NCBI RefSeq assembly: GCF_001457595.1
Contig: NZ_LN831039.1
Location: forward strand, 1,770,001 to 1,802,000
From: Mycolicibacterium smegmatis
GTDB taxonomy: Bacteria > Actinomycetota > Actinomycetes > Mycobacteriales > Mycobacteriaceae
Length of the DNA: 32,000 nt
Direction of reading: 5' to 3'
Within the stretch, counting starts at the first letter, position 1. Each line of letters begins with the position of its first letter. Positions 1 to 8,880 of the stretch are shown in pieces. A program made the translations under genes and the position numbers. Under the pieces are notes generated by a model, which saw only the letters and a list, made by a program, of their open reading frames with translations, did no database searches and had not been told where the DNA came from.

Positions 1-641
1 CCGAATTTCCCGGCGCGCCCCGCAGCCACCCCCGACAACGCGTCCTCGAACACCGCCGCGTGCGCGGGAGTTACGTCCAGCAGTTGGGCGGCACGCAGGA
101 AACTGTCGGGAGCGGGCTTGCCGCTGAGGTTCTCGTCGCGCATCGTCACGCCGTCGACCCGGTGCTCGATCAGCGGTGCGAGTCCGGTGATCTCCAGCAC
201 CTCACGCGTGTTGGCACTCGACGACACCACGGCGCGCCGCAGACCGGCGGACGCGGCCGCCTCCAGATACCGTCGTGACCCCTCGAACACCTCGACGCCA
301 TCCTTGCGCAACGTCGTGTGGAACATGTCGTTCTTGCGGTTTCCCAGCCCGTGCACGGTCTCGGCGTCGGGCGGATCATCCGGCCCGCCCTCGGGCAGTT
401 CGATGCCGCGGCTCGACAGGAACGACCGGACGCCGTCCTCTCGCCGCTTGCCGTCGACGTACCGCAGGTAGTCGTCGGCGATGTCGAACGGCACGAACGG
501 TTCCCCGGTGGACTGCGCCCGCGCTCGCAGATAGTCGTCGAACATCGCCTTCCACGCCTTTTTGTGCACGCTGGCCGTGTCGGTGAGCACGCCGTCCAGG
601 TCGAACAGGCACGCCGTGATCTGCTCGGGGAGCCCCAGCAC
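1..641 (-). CDS. HAD-superfamily hydrolase, beta-phosphoglucomutase-like; the C-terminus runs off the window start
   Basis: The frame is absent from the ORF track because it has no stop in the window. Hand translation gives [30 protein letters not shown]...VVSSSANT...GKPAPDSFL...[15 protein letters not shown], showing the DxDG motif I and HAD motifs II-IV. The GTG at 641-639 is preceded by GAGGGA. An alternative GTG lies at 683. The position next to guaA fits Rv3400-type synteny. Confidence 0.8.
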   Translation of the reverse strand, partial: MLGLPEQITACLFDLDGVLTDTASVHKKAWKAMFDDYLRARAQSTGEPFVPFDIADDYLRYVDGKRREDGVRSFLSSRGIELPEGGPDDPPDAETVHGLGNRKNDMFHTTLRKDGVEVFEGSRRYLEAAASAGLRRAVVSSSANTREVLEITGLAPLIEHRVDGVTMRDENLSGKPAPDSFLRAAQLLDVTPAHAAVFEDALSGVAAGRAGKF

Positions 642-812
642 AAGTCCCTCGCTTCTGTGAGTTTCGTCCTCCGACCACCGCACCACATCGGCACAGTCGC
701 CGCCAGGAGCTTGAGAAAAGCGTTATCGGGGCGGGATAACCATCGAAGCGCGAAGCGAACCACCAGGCCGGGCATCGGCGGGAACGATCAGTGCAGCTCT
801 TAGACTGTTGCG

Positions 813-2375
813 GTGGCATCAGAATCTCCCCGTCCCGTTCTCGTCATCGACTACGGCGCGCAGTACGCCCAGCTGATCGCACGGCGGGTCCGTGAGGCGC
901 GGGTGTATTCGGAAGTCGTCCCGCACACCGCAGGCGTCGAGGAGATCAAGGCCAAGGATCCCCAGGCCATCGTGTTGTCGGGTGGACCGGCCAGCGTCTA
1001 CACCGAGGGCGCCCCGCAGCTCGATCCCGCGCTGTTCGACCTGGACGTTCCGGTGTTCGGCATCTGCTACGGCTTCCAGGCCATGGCGCAGGCCCTCGGC
1101 GGCACCGTCGAGCGCACCGGCACCAGCGAGTTCGGCCGCACCGAGCTGCAGGTCACCGGTGGCGACCTGCACTCCGAGCTGCCCGCCACGCAGCCGGTGT
1201 GGATGAGCCACGGCGACGCGGTGACCGCGGCGCCCGAGGGCTTCGACGTGATCGCCTCCAGCGCCGGTGCGCCCGTCGCGGGCTTCGAGAACCGCGCGCG
1301 CCGCCTGGCAGGTGTGCAATATCACCCCGAGGTCCTGCACTCGCCGCACGGCCAGCAGGTGCTCAGCCGGTTCCTGCACGACTTCGCCGGTATCGACGCG
1401 ACGTGGACACCCGCCAACATCGCCGATCAGCTGATCGAGGCGGTGCGTGAGCAGATCGGTGACGGCCGCGCGATCTGCGGCCTGTCCGGCGGCGTGGACT
1501 CCGCCGTGGCCGCGGCGCTGGTGCAGCGCGCCATCGGGGACCGGCTGACGTGTGTGTTCGTCGACCACGGCCTGCTGCGCGCGGGCGAGCGCGCCCAGGT
1601 GCAGCGCGACTTCGTCGCCGCGACCGGCGCCAAGCTGGTCACCGTCGACGTCGCAGACCGGTTCCTGGAAGCGCTGACCGGCGTGACCAACCCCGAGGGC
1701 AAGCGCAAGATCATCGGCCGCGAATTCATCCGCGCGTTCGAGGGCGCGGTGCGTGACCTGGTCGAGGATGAGGGCAGCGGCGACATCGACTTCCTGGTGC
1801 AGGGCACGCTGTACCCCGACGTCGTGGAATCCGGCGGCGGTTCCGGCACGGCCAACATCAAGAGCCATCACAACGTCGGCGGGCTGCCCGACGATCTGAA
1901 GTTCAAGCTCGTCGAGCCGCTGCGGCTGCTGTTCAAGGACGAGGTCCGCGCGGTGGGCCGTGAACTCGGACTCCCCGAGGAAATCGTTGCGCGCCAACCC
2001 TTCCCGGGACCCGGACTCGGCATCCGCATCGTCGGCGAGGTCACCGCGGAGCGGTTGGAGACGCTGCGCCGTGCCGACGCCATCGCGCGTGAGGAACTTA
2101 CGGCCGCCGGCCTGGACAACCAGATCTGGCAGTGCCCGGTGGTGCTGCTGGCCGACGTCCGCTCGGTCGGCGTGCAGGGCGACGGACGTACGTACGGGCA
2201 TCCGATCGTGCTGCGTCCGGTGTCCAGCGAGGACGCCATGACCGCCGACTGGACGCGCGTGCCTTACGAAGTGCTGGAACGCATTTCGACCCGCATCACC
2301 AACGAGGTGCGCGAGGTCAACCGCGTGGTGCTCGACATCACCAGCAAGCCGCCGGGCACCATCGAGTGGGAGTGA
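813..2375 (+). CDS. guaA: GMP synthase (glutamine-hydrolysing)
   Basis: 520 aa. The GATase domain shows [20 protein letters not shown] and ICYGFQ. The ATP-PPase P-loop is [10 protein letters not shown], and the C-terminal dimerisation domain ends in KPPGTIEWE. The GTG start at 813 lies 6 nt after a TAGACT -10-like hexamer (801-806). Confidence 0.97.
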   Translation: MASESPRPVLVIDYGAQYAQLIARRVREARVYSEVVPHTAGVEEIKAKDPQAIVLSGGPASVYTEGAPQLDPALFDLDVPVFGICYGFQAMAQALGGTVERTGTSEFGRTELQVTGGDLHSELPATQPVWMSHGDAVTAAPEGFDVIASSAGAPVAGFENRARRLAGVQYHPEVLHSPHGQQVLSRFLHDFAGIDATWTPANIADQLIEAVREQIGDGRAICGLSGGVDSAVAAALVQRAIGDRLTCVFVDHGLLRAGERAQVQRDFVAATGAKLVTVDVADRFLEALTGVTNPEGKRKIIGREFIRAFEGAVRDLVEDEGSGDIDFLVQGTLYPDVVESGGGSGTANIKSHHNVGGLPDDLKFKLVEPLRLLFKDEVRAVGRELGLPEEIVARQPFPGPGLGIRIVGEVTAERLETLRRADAIAREELTAAGLDNQIWQCPVVLLADVRSVGVQGDGRTYGHPIVLRPVSSEDAMTADWTRVPYEVLERISTRITNEVREVNRVVLDITSKPPGTIEWE

Positions 2376-2385
2376 TCGTCCCGTC

Positions 2386-3063
2386 GTGAAGTACACCCCG
2401 GGATGGCAGCCCACACCGGTGGACTGGGCGTCGACGCGGGGCAGGATACTGCTGGCCGCGTCGCAATTGTTCGCTGCTCGTGGGTATTTCGGCACCTCGA
2501 CACGCGACATCGCCGATGCGGTCTCGATTCGCCAGCCCTCGCTCTTCCACCACTTCACCGCCAAGCAGGAGATCTTCCGCACGCTGGTGGAGCTGGATCT
2601 CGGTCCGTCGATCGACCGGGTGCGCCAACGCCTCGCCGAGGAGTCGACGTGGGCCGAGAAGCTCCATCTGACCGTGGCGTGCGATGTCCGCGAGATCCTC
2701 GCGCAACCGTTCGACGCCCGCGGCCTGTATCAGGACGCGGTCCTGGCCATGCCGGAGTTCGACGAGGAGCGGCGCGGCATCGATCTGTTCCACGACCTCG
2801 TCGAGACGCTCATCCGATCGGGGACCGACGCGGGCGAGTTCGTCGACTTCGAAGCCGGCTTCGTCCTGCGGGCGGCCAACGGCGTGATGTTCGAGACGCT
2901 GCGTGAGCAGGGCGGCCCGGCCGGCCGCATGCGCGTGCAGCGTCCTTTGCAGGCCGCCGATTTCGTCCTGCGGGCCGTCATGGTGGACCCCACCGACCTG
3001 CCACGCATCCGCGCCATCACCGAGAATCGCCTGATCAAGGGCGTCCTGCCGGCCCGTCGTTGA
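2386..3063 (+). CDS. TetR-family transcriptional regulator
   Basis: The N-terminal TetR HTH reads RGRILLAASQLFAARGYFGTSTRDIADAVSIRQPSLFHHFTAKQEIF, followed by a helical C-terminal ligand domain. The gene starts 10 nt after the guaA stop and has no obvious SD. The exact start is uncertain. Confidence 0.85.
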   Translation: MKYTPGWQPTPVDWASTRGRILLAASQLFAARGYFGTSTRDIADAVSIRQPSLFHHFTAKQEIFRTLVELDLGPSIDRVRQRLAEESTWAEKLHLTVACDVREILAQPFDARGLYQDAVLAMPEFDEERRGIDLFHDLVETLIRSGTDAGEFVDFEAGFVLRAANGVMFETLREQGGPAGRMRVQRPLQAADFVLRAVMVDPTDLPRIRAITENRLIKGVLPARR

Positions 3064-3138
3064 CGCGGCCGCGCCGCCGCCTGCGATGACCGGAACATTT
3101 CTCAGGTCAATTCGGCGTTAAAACCCACCGATTCGCGT

Positions 3139-3174
3139 GCCTATCGGCCGATAGGCGCCTATCGTTCGATAGGC
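3139..3174. promoter_or_regulatory. Two abutting 18-bp palindromes (candidate tandem operator) upstream of the ABC substrate-binding-protein gene
   Basis: GCCTATCGGCCGATAGGC (3139-3156) is a perfect palindrome. It is followed immediately by GCCTATCGTTCGATAGGC (3157-3174), which matches at 16/18 positions with only the central pair off. A TATCGT -10-like hexamer (3160-3165) sits inside the second repeat. The GGAGG SD is at 3196-3200 and the GTG start at 3206. Confidence 0.6.
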
Positions 3175-3205
3175 AAGGTCCGGCCCGCTCGCTCCGGAGG
3201 TAATC

Positions 3206-4063
3206 GTGAAAACCGCTCTCAATGTTCTCGCAGTGGGTTTCGCCGCAGTGTCGCTCGCCGGGATGGTGGTCGGGTGCTCGTCATCGGAGGGCGCCACGCC
3301 CACGCCCACCGGCCCCGCGAAGGTCTCGCCACCGGCGGTGCTCACGGCCGACACCTTGAAGATCTGCGCGCCCAACGACGGCACACCGCCCAGCGTCTAT
3401 CACGACGAAAGCGGTGACCTGGTGGGCAGCGAGGTGGATCTCGGCAAGGCCCTCGCGGCGAACCTGGGTCTCGAACCCGAGTTCGTGCAGTCGGCGTTCG
3501 CGGCCGTCATCCCCACATTGCAGGCCAAGCAGTGCGACGTGATCATGGCCCAGCTCTACATCAAGCCCGAGCGGGAGAAGGTCGTCGACTTCGTTCCCTA
3601 CGTCTACTCGGGCACCGGCATCGCGGTGTCCAAGGCGCACCCCGCCGCGATCACCGGCATGGACGACAGCCTGTGCGGCAAGAAAGTGATGGTCGCCGTG
3701 GGCACCACTGCCGAGGTGCTCTCACAGGAACAGTCCGACAAATGCACTGCGGCCGGCAAGTCACCGGTCGACATCAACCGCAACAACCACGCCGACGTGT
3801 CGATACAGCAGGTGCAGAACGGCCAGGTGGACGCCTATCTCGACACCGCAGAGACCATCGGCTACTACGAGACCAAGACCGGTGCGCAGATCCAGATGGT
3901 CGGAGAACCGTTCGGCACCATCAAGATCGGCGCTGCGACCCTGAAGGGGAACGCGGCCCTGCACGACGCGATCCAGCAGGCGCTCGAAGCGCTCGAATCC
4001 GACGGCACCTACGACAAGATCCTCGATCAGTGGGGCCAGAGCGAGCTGTCGATCCAGAAGTGA
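3206..4063 (+). CDS. Polar amino-acid ABC transporter substrate-binding lipoprotein (family 3 SBP)
   Basis: The signal peptide carries a lipobox, LAGMVVG-C-SSS. The mature domain is GlnH/ArtJ-like (DLVGSEVDLGKALAANLGL..., QCDVIMAQLYIKPEREKVVDF, GTYDKILDQWG). A GGAGG SD lies 5 nt upstream of the GTG. Confidence 0.9.
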   Translation: MKTALNVLAVGFAAVSLAGMVVGCSSSEGATPTPTGPAKVSPPAVLTADTLKICAPNDGTPPSVYHDESGDLVGSEVDLGKALAANLGLEPEFVQSAFAAVIPTLQAKQCDVIMAQLYIKPEREKVVDFVPYVYSGTGIAVSKAHPAAITGMDDSLCGKKVMVAVGTTAEVLSQEQSDKCTAAGKSPVDINRNNHADVSIQQVQNGQVDAYLDTAETIGYYETKTGAQIQMVGEPFGTIKIGAATLKGNAALHDAIQQALEALESDGTYDKILDQWGQSELSIQK

Positions 4064-4073
4064 GTGCGGCACA

Positions 4074-5093
4074 ATGAACTTCGACTGGACATTCTTCTGG
4101 AAGAGCCTCCTGACCCCCAGCGACGCGTTCCTGCAGGGGCTGGTGCTCACCATCGTCATCTCGGTCGTCGCAATGGTTCTGGCGACGGTCGCGGGACTGA
4201 TCGTGGCGTTGATGCGGCGGTCTCGGTTCCCCGCGGTGCGATGGGTTGCGGGCGTGTACATCTGGGTGATCCGCGGAACCCCGCTGCTCGTGCAACTGGT
4301 GCTGATCTACACGGGTCTGGCAGCTGCGGGCCTCTACCAGTTCCATGACGTCTCGGTGCTCGGGTTGTCGGTGAAGGCCGCTCTGCAGGCCGCGATCATC
4401 GGGCTGATGATCAACGAGAGCGCCTACATCGCCGAGATCATCCGTGCCGGACTCGATTCGGTGCCGAAAGGGCAGTTCGAGGCCGCGGCGTCGCTGGGTA
4501 TGAAGCCGGTCAAGGTGATGCGGTGGATCATCGTCCCGCAGGCGCTGCGTGTCATGGTGCCGCCCATGGGGAACTCGTTCAACGGTCTGATGAAGACCAC
4601 CTCGGTGCTCAGCGTCATCGGGGTCAGCGAGATGTTCCTGGTCACCCAGTCGATCAGCTCGGCCACCTTCCACACCTTCGAGATCTTCATCGTCGCGGCG
4701 ATCTACTACCTGGCGCTGACCACGATCTGGACATTCATCCAGGCCTGGCTCGAGAACCGCCTGGCCCGGCAACTCGGGATCGAGCAGCGTGTCCCGATCA
4801 CGCAACGGCTGCTGGGTGCCCGGCGTTTTCAACCTCTTCCCGCACATGACCGCCGCGGAGAACGTGTGGAACGCACCGGTGCGGGTGCTCGGCACCCCGA
4901 GAGGGAAGGCCGAACAGGACGCGCTGGCGCTGCTGGAACGCGTCGGCCTGGCGGACAAGGCCGACTCCCGGCCGAGTCAGCTCTCGGGTGGACAACAGCA
5001 GCGGGTGGCCATCGCCCGCGCGCTCGCCATGCGCCCCAAGGTGATGTTGTTCGACGAGCCCACCAGCGCGCTGGACGTCGAGATGGTCGGTGA
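4074..5093 (+). CDS. Polar amino-acid ABC transporter permease whose stop codon is missing. Only about 4074-4785 is permease; the ORF then reads out of frame through the ATPase remnant.
   Basis: The His/Glu/Gln/Arg-type permease shows RGTPLLVQL and the EAA loop [33 protein letters not shown]. The last TM ends in ...[14 protein letters not shown]. After about 4785 the translation becomes Arg/Gly/Pro-rich nonsense until the stop at 5093. Confidence 0.8.
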   Translation: MNFDWTFFWKSLLTPSDAFLQGLVLTIVISVVAMVLATVAGLIVALMRRSRFPAVRWVAGVYIWVIRGTPLLVQLVLIYTGLAAAGLYQFHDVSVLGLSVKAALQAAIIGLMINESAYIAEIIRAGLDSVPKGQFEAAASLGMKPVKVMRWIIVPQALRVMVPPMGNSFNGLMKTTSVLSVIGVSEMFLVTQSISSATFHTFEIFIVAAIYYLALTTIWTFIQAWLENRLARQLGIEQRVPITQRLLGARRFQPLPAHDRRGERVERTGAGARHPEREGRTGRAGAAGTRRPGGQGRLPAESALGWTTAAGGHRPRARHAPQGDVVRRAHQRAGRRDGR

Positions 5094-5295
5094 GGTTCTC
5101 GCGGTGATGCGTGAACTCGCCGCCGAGCACATGACCATGGTGGTGGTCACCCACGAGATGCGCTTCGCACGTGAGGTCGCCGACCGCATCGTGGTCATGG
5201 ATGCCGGCCGGATCATCGAAGATGCCCCGCCCGACGAACTTTTCGAGAACCCCCGTCACGAACGCACCAAGGCGTTTCTCTCCACCATCCGCTAG
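4789..5295 (+). pseudogene. 5'-truncated polar amino-acid ABC transporter ATP-binding gene (GlnQ/HisP type) lacking Walker A and the Q-loop
   Basis: Homology begins abruptly at 4825 with [14 protein letters not shown]. The rest is intact: [15 protein letters not shown] (signature), [12 protein letters not shown] (Walker B/D-loop), VTHEM (H-loop) and a C-terminal [10 protein letters not shown]. No GxxGxGK[ST] occurs anywhere in the ORF. Fewer than 45 nt separate the permease homology from this block. Confidence 0.75.
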
Positions 5296-5308
5296 GAGTC
5301 CTCTCATC

Positions 5309-6883
5309 GTGTCGACTTTCACCGGCGCGCTGGCGTCACCGCATGCCCTGGCCACCGAGGCCGGTATGGCGGCCTTCGCCGAAGGCGGCAACGCGATCGA
5401 CGCCGCCATCAGCGCGGCAGCCGTGCTCACCGTCGTCTACCCGCACAACGTCGCACTGGGCGGCGATCTCATCGCCCTCGTGCGCACACCGGACGGCACC
5501 ATCCGGTGCGTCAACGCATCAGGATGGTCGGGTGCGCGAGCGACGCCCGAGCGGATGCGTGCCCGGCACGGCGGGTCACTGCCTGCCCGTCATGCCGACT
5601 CGGTGACCGTTCCCGGCGGCGTACGCGGCTGGGAGGCGCTGCGCAGCCTGGGTTGCCGGATCAGCTGGGCGCAGACCCTCGCCCCCGCCCAGCGTGCGGC
5701 GGAAACAGGGGTGGCGGTGGCGAAGTCGCTTGCCCACCACATCGCCGATCCGGAGAACGCCGATCTGGACGAATCCGAGGACTTCTGTCGCGTGTTCCGT
5801 CCCGGCGGACGCATGTTGGCCACGGGTGAGGCGCTGGTGCAGCCCGCGCTGGCCGCGACGTTCGCGTCGCTGCGGCGACAGGGTCCCGACGCCTTCTACA
5901 CCGGCGCGCTCGCCGACAGCATGCTCGCGCATCTGGGCAAGCACGGATCCTGTCTCACCGCAGACGATTTCGCAGAATTCACTCCCGAGTTCACCGAACC
6001 GCTGTCGGCGCCCTTCGGCGATCTGACCGTGCTGACCAGCCCGCCCAACACGCATGGGTTCGCGATGCTGCGTGCCTTGCGCGCGATCGAGGAACGCGAT
6101 GTGGCCGATCCGCTGGGCGCAGGCATCGGCACCCTGATGCGAATCTTCCACCACGGCAACGTTTTGCGCGAGCGCCGTCTGGGAGACCCGCGGCTCAGCG
6201 AGATCGACATGGACGCACTGGTCAACGGTGCGCTGGGTGAGGTCGCCGAGTTGGGGACCCATCCCGGTCCGGTGCTGGTGCCCCACGGAGACACCGTCGG
6301 TGTCGCGGCCGCCGATTCAGAAGGCTTCGCGGTGTCGTTGATCCAGAGCGTGTACCACGCGTTCGGATCGGGTCTGATCGATCCCGAGACCGGGGTGCTG
6401 TTCCACAATCGCGGCACCAGCTTCTCGCTGGATTCCGATTCGCCGAATGTCATCGCCCCGCGCAAGCGTCCGGCGCACACGCTCATGCCTGCGTTGACGA
6501 CACGCGACGGCGCGGTCCGGCACGTGCTGGCGACCATGGGCGGACAGGGGCAGCCGCAGATCCTGACCCAGGTCCTGCTGCATGCCGTGGCGGGGGAGTC
6601 CGCCCAGTCGGCGGTGTCCGCGCCGCGCGCGATCGTCGGCGGCCAGGTCGACGGCGCGACCGCCGATTCCGTGGTGGTGGAGGCGGATCTGGAGGCGCAG
6701 GCCCGAGAGTCCCTGCACGCCAGCGGTCTCAGCATGGTCGAGGTGCCCGTGCACACCGAGGCCATGGGCCAGGCCAATGTGGTGTTCGTCGACGCAGGCG
6801 CCATGCAGGCCGCGTCGGACCCGAGGTCCGACGGTGCCGGGATGGTCGCCCACTATCCCCGGGGTCCCCTCGCCGGCGGCTGA
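5309..6883 (+). CDS. ggt: Gamma-glutamyltransferase family protein with no signal peptide (predicted cytoplasmic)
   Basis: The tracked ORF starts at 5171 inside the ATPase gene. I place the start at GTG 5309, which has an AGGAG 10 nt upstream. The protein begins directly with the conserved ALASPHALATEAGMAAFAEGGNAIDAAISAA. The autoprocessing/nucleophile region is PHGDTVGVAAADSEGFAVSLIQSVYHAFGSG, and MGGQGQPQ lies near the C-terminus. Confidence 0.88.
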   Translation: MSTFTGALASPHALATEAGMAAFAEGGNAIDAAISAAAVLTVVYPHNVALGGDLIALVRTPDGTIRCVNASGWSGARATPERMRARHGGSLPARHADSVTVPGGVRGWEALRSLGCRISWAQTLAPAQRAAETGVAVAKSLAHHIADPENADLDESEDFCRVFRPGGRMLATGEALVQPALAATFASLRRQGPDAFYTGALADSMLAHLGKHGSCLTADDFAEFTPEFTEPLSAPFGDLTVLTSPPNTHGFAMLRALRAIEERDVADPLGAGIGTLMRIFHHGNVLRERRLGDPRLSEIDMDALVNGALGEVAELGTHPGPVLVPHGDTVGVAAADSEGFAVSLIQSVYHAFGSGLIDPETGVLFHNRGTSFSLDSDSPNVIAPRKRPAHTLMPALTTRDGAVRHVLATMGGQGQPQILTQVLLHAVAGESAQSAVSAPRAIVGGQVDGATADSVVVEADLEAQARESLHASGLSMVEVPVHTEAMGQANVVFVDAGAMQAASDPRSDGAGMVAHYPRGPLAGG

Positions 6884-6916
6884 GGGCAGTTCTGCGTGTG
6901 CTCTCGGCAGAGAATG

Positions 6917-7651
6917 TCAGCGGGGTGGGTCGCCGCGCCAGCGGAAGCTGTTGACGTACTTGCCCATGTCGAGCGCGATCTGCAGGTTGGCGCCCGAGGG
7001 CTTGCTGGCGCCCGAGTCGGGGCCGAACTCGTGGAACGGACCCACCGCCGATGCGATGAGGGCCAGGTCGTTCTTGATGGCCACCATGACGATCACACGC
7101 ATGCGCGCATAGCTGGACGTCGCACCCTGGGGCCAGCAGTCGGCGACCAGCCCGTAGCCGGGCTGATAGCCGACCATGGCGTTGGGGATCTCGTAGGCCG
7201 TCTTGGTGTCCGGGAAGGTGCTGCCGACAAGGTCGTTGGCGATCTCCTGCGGGGACCTGCCGCCTGCGGGCCGGCTGAACAGCTGCAGCATGCCGCCGTC
7301 GCCCGCGGTGAACTCCGCGGTGACGCCGGTGTTGTCGCTCGAGATGTTGTACGCCGACCCGTCGACGGGATACGACACCGAGAAGCTGCCGTCGGGTGCG
7401 GTGAACACGGGGTTGATCGCCACCGGCTCACCCGTCGGGGGCGCGCCGCAATCCGGTGGGCACATGTAGCGTGCGGGCGGCTCGCTCACCGAACTCGCGA
7501 TCCACGCGAGCACACCGCCGACGATCGCGATGCTGGTGCACAACACGGCCAGCACCTTCCACAGCGACGGCCTGCGTGTCGGTTCGGCGCGGTAGGTGCC
7601 CTTGGGCACCGCGTACCCGGGGAAGAACCCGGTGGGTGCGGTGGTGGTCAT
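6917..7651 (-). CDS. Hypothetical type-II membrane-anchored protein with an extracytoplasmic domain
   Basis: 244 aa. It has a short N-terminal cytoplasmic tail and one TM (LWKVLAVLCTSIAIVGGVLAWIA), followed by a roughly 180-aa Gly/Ser/Pro-containing domain with two Cys pairs. Its start overlaps the upstream stop as ATGA (7648-7651). The amino-acid composition is protein-like, unlike the antisense ORFs. Confidence 0.7.
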   Translation of the reverse strand: MTTTAPTGFFPGYAVPKGTYRAEPTRRPSLWKVLAVLCTSIAIVGGVLAWIASSVSEPPARYMCPPDCGAPPTGEPVAINPVFTAPDGSFSVSYPVDGSAYNISSDNTGVTAEFTAGDGGMLQLFSRPAGGRSPQEIANDLVGSTFPDTKTAYEIPNAMVGYQPGYGLVADCWPQGATSSYARMRVIVMVAIKNDLALIASAVGPFHEFGPDSGASKPSGANLQIALDMGKYVNSFRWRGDPPR

Positions 7652-8880
7652 CCGGCGTCGGCCCTTCGTTCACGAACCGGCCGGTTCTCACGGCGCTCAT
7701 GGCGTGACGAGCGTGACGACGCATGCGTGGCGGCCCCGCAGTTGGCGCAGAACGCCATGTCGGGAACCACGTTGCCGCAGCGTGGGCACAGAATCGGTTT
7801 GTCCGAGGCGATCTCGTCGTGCTGCTCGTGCAGCAACGCCAGATGCAGGCCGACGCGCAACGCGAACATCGCGACGAGCGCGACCGCCACGTGCACGGCC
7901 AACTGGATCCACTGCGGCACCCGCGCGACGTCGATCAGCCCCAGGCCCGCGTACACGAGGACGACGATCAGCCCGCACCCGAGCATCACCGCCCGCACAT
8001 ACCCGGGATGCTGGTGGACCTTGCTGGGCGGACGCGTGAACCACAGCGCCGCACCGATCAGACCCCCGACGGCGACCGCTGTGAGTGGCACGGCGAAACC
8101 GCGGATCCCCGCCTCGACGAACAGCCCCGACATCGGCCGGTTGCGGGCCACCATGCCGGTGGTGAGTTGCGGGGCCAACCGGGTCAGCGTGGCGGCCGCG
8201 GTGAACGCCGTCGCACCGAGCGCCCCGATCATGAACCCGTCCAACGATTCCCGCGTGGGCGGCCGCACGAGCCGGATCAGCACCGCGGGCATGACCATCA
8301 GCACCAGACCCCCGACGGGCACGCCGAGACCGTTGCGCAACAGCCGGTATCCGGTGATGCCCGAGCCGAGTGGAACGCCATAGGACCGGGCCATCATGGT
8401 GCCGGTGAGCAACACCCAGCCGATCCCGAGCACGATGCCCAGCGCGGCTGTGAGCACCAACGTGCTCTTCGGCAGGTCGCTGAACGCGTCGGACTCCTGC
8501 AGGTAGATGAGGAACAGCAGCGGCAGTCCGAGCGCGGCGACCGCGATCAGCGCCGCGGGCAGACGCAGGTACGCGCACACCACGAGTCCCGCCACCAGCA
8601 CCACCATCGCGATCCGGAACGGGATGCGCGAGCGGTGCGACAGGTGGGGGAACAGTGAACTGGTGATCGCAGGTTTCAGCAGGTGCTCTTCGGGCGCCAC
8701 ACAGGAAGCGGTGACGCGCAACCACTCCGGGCCGTCGCCGGGTTCCTTCTCCAGGTGCACCCCGCACAGGCCGCAGTACTGGCCCTTGGGCACGTCGACC
8801 TTGCACACGCGGCACTCGGTCACCGGGACCTCGTCGGGGCCGGTACGGTCCGGCGTGGTGTCTTCGGGTGGCTGGGTCAT
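7648..8880 (-). CDS. Polytopic (about 8 TM) membrane protein with N- and C-terminal zinc ribbons; possibly PrsW-related
   Basis: The tracked ORF 7648-9627 has a 249-aa Arg-rich N-terminal extension that overlaps the S53 gene out of frame. The real start is ATG 8880 (MTQPPEDTT...), which overlaps the S53 stop as ATGA. The N-terminal ribbon is CRVCKVDVPKGQYCGLCG and the C-terminal ribbon is CPRCGNVVPDMAFCANCG, with eight hydrophobic segments between them. Confidence 0.8.
   Translation of the reverse strand: MTQPPEDTTPDRTGPDEVPVTECRVCKVDVPKGQYCGLCGVHLEKEPGDGPEWLRVTASCVAPEEHLLKPAITSSLFPHLSHRSRIPFRIAMVVLVAGLVVCAYLRLPAALIAVAALGLPLLFLIYLQESDAFSDLPKSTLVLTAALGIVLGIGWVLLTGTMMARSYGVPLGSGITGYRLLRNGLGVPVGGLVLMVMPAVLIRLVRPPTRESLDGFMIGALGATAFTAAATLTRLAPQLTTGMVARNRPMSGLFVEAGIRGFAVPLTAVAVGGLIGAALWFTRPPSKVHQHPGYVRAVMLGCGLIVVLVYAGLGLIDVARVPQWIQLAVHVAVALVAMFALRVGLHLALLHEQHDEIASDKPILCPRCGNVVPDMAFCANCGAATHASSRSSRHERRENRPVRERRADAG

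Noticed and set aside
819-2582. 587-aa ORF antisense to guaA
   Set aside because: This is a typical high-GC antisense artefact. The translation is Arg/Gly/Ala/His-rich with no recognisable motifs, while the plus strand encodes an unmistakable GMP synthase.
3118-3384. 88-aa minus-strand ORF spanning the tandem palindromes
   Set aside because: It overlaps the SBP signal-peptide region in antisense and has neither an SD nor any motif. The region is better explained as an operator/promoter.
4365-4373. Perfect TTGTCGGTG (RecA-NDp/PafBC-type core) inside the permease gene
   Set aside because: It lies deep inside a coding region. No TAnnnT follows at the required 8-nt spacing (TCTGCA instead), and no downstream gene start is present. 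It is most likely a chance occurrence.
3921-4958. 345-aa minus-strand ORF over the SBP/permease genes; also 17802-19094 antisense to the APC permease and 30915-31913 antisense to the sensor gene
   Set aside because: These are Arg/Asp/His-rich antisense frames with no motifs. The opposite strands encode recognisable proteins.
6896-8383. 495-aa plus-strand ORF (and 7723-8658) across the minus-strand membrane-protein genes
   Set aside because: The amino-acid composition is unlike that of a real protein. The minus-strand frames give coherent TM helices and zinc ribbons and are linked by ATGA overlaps.
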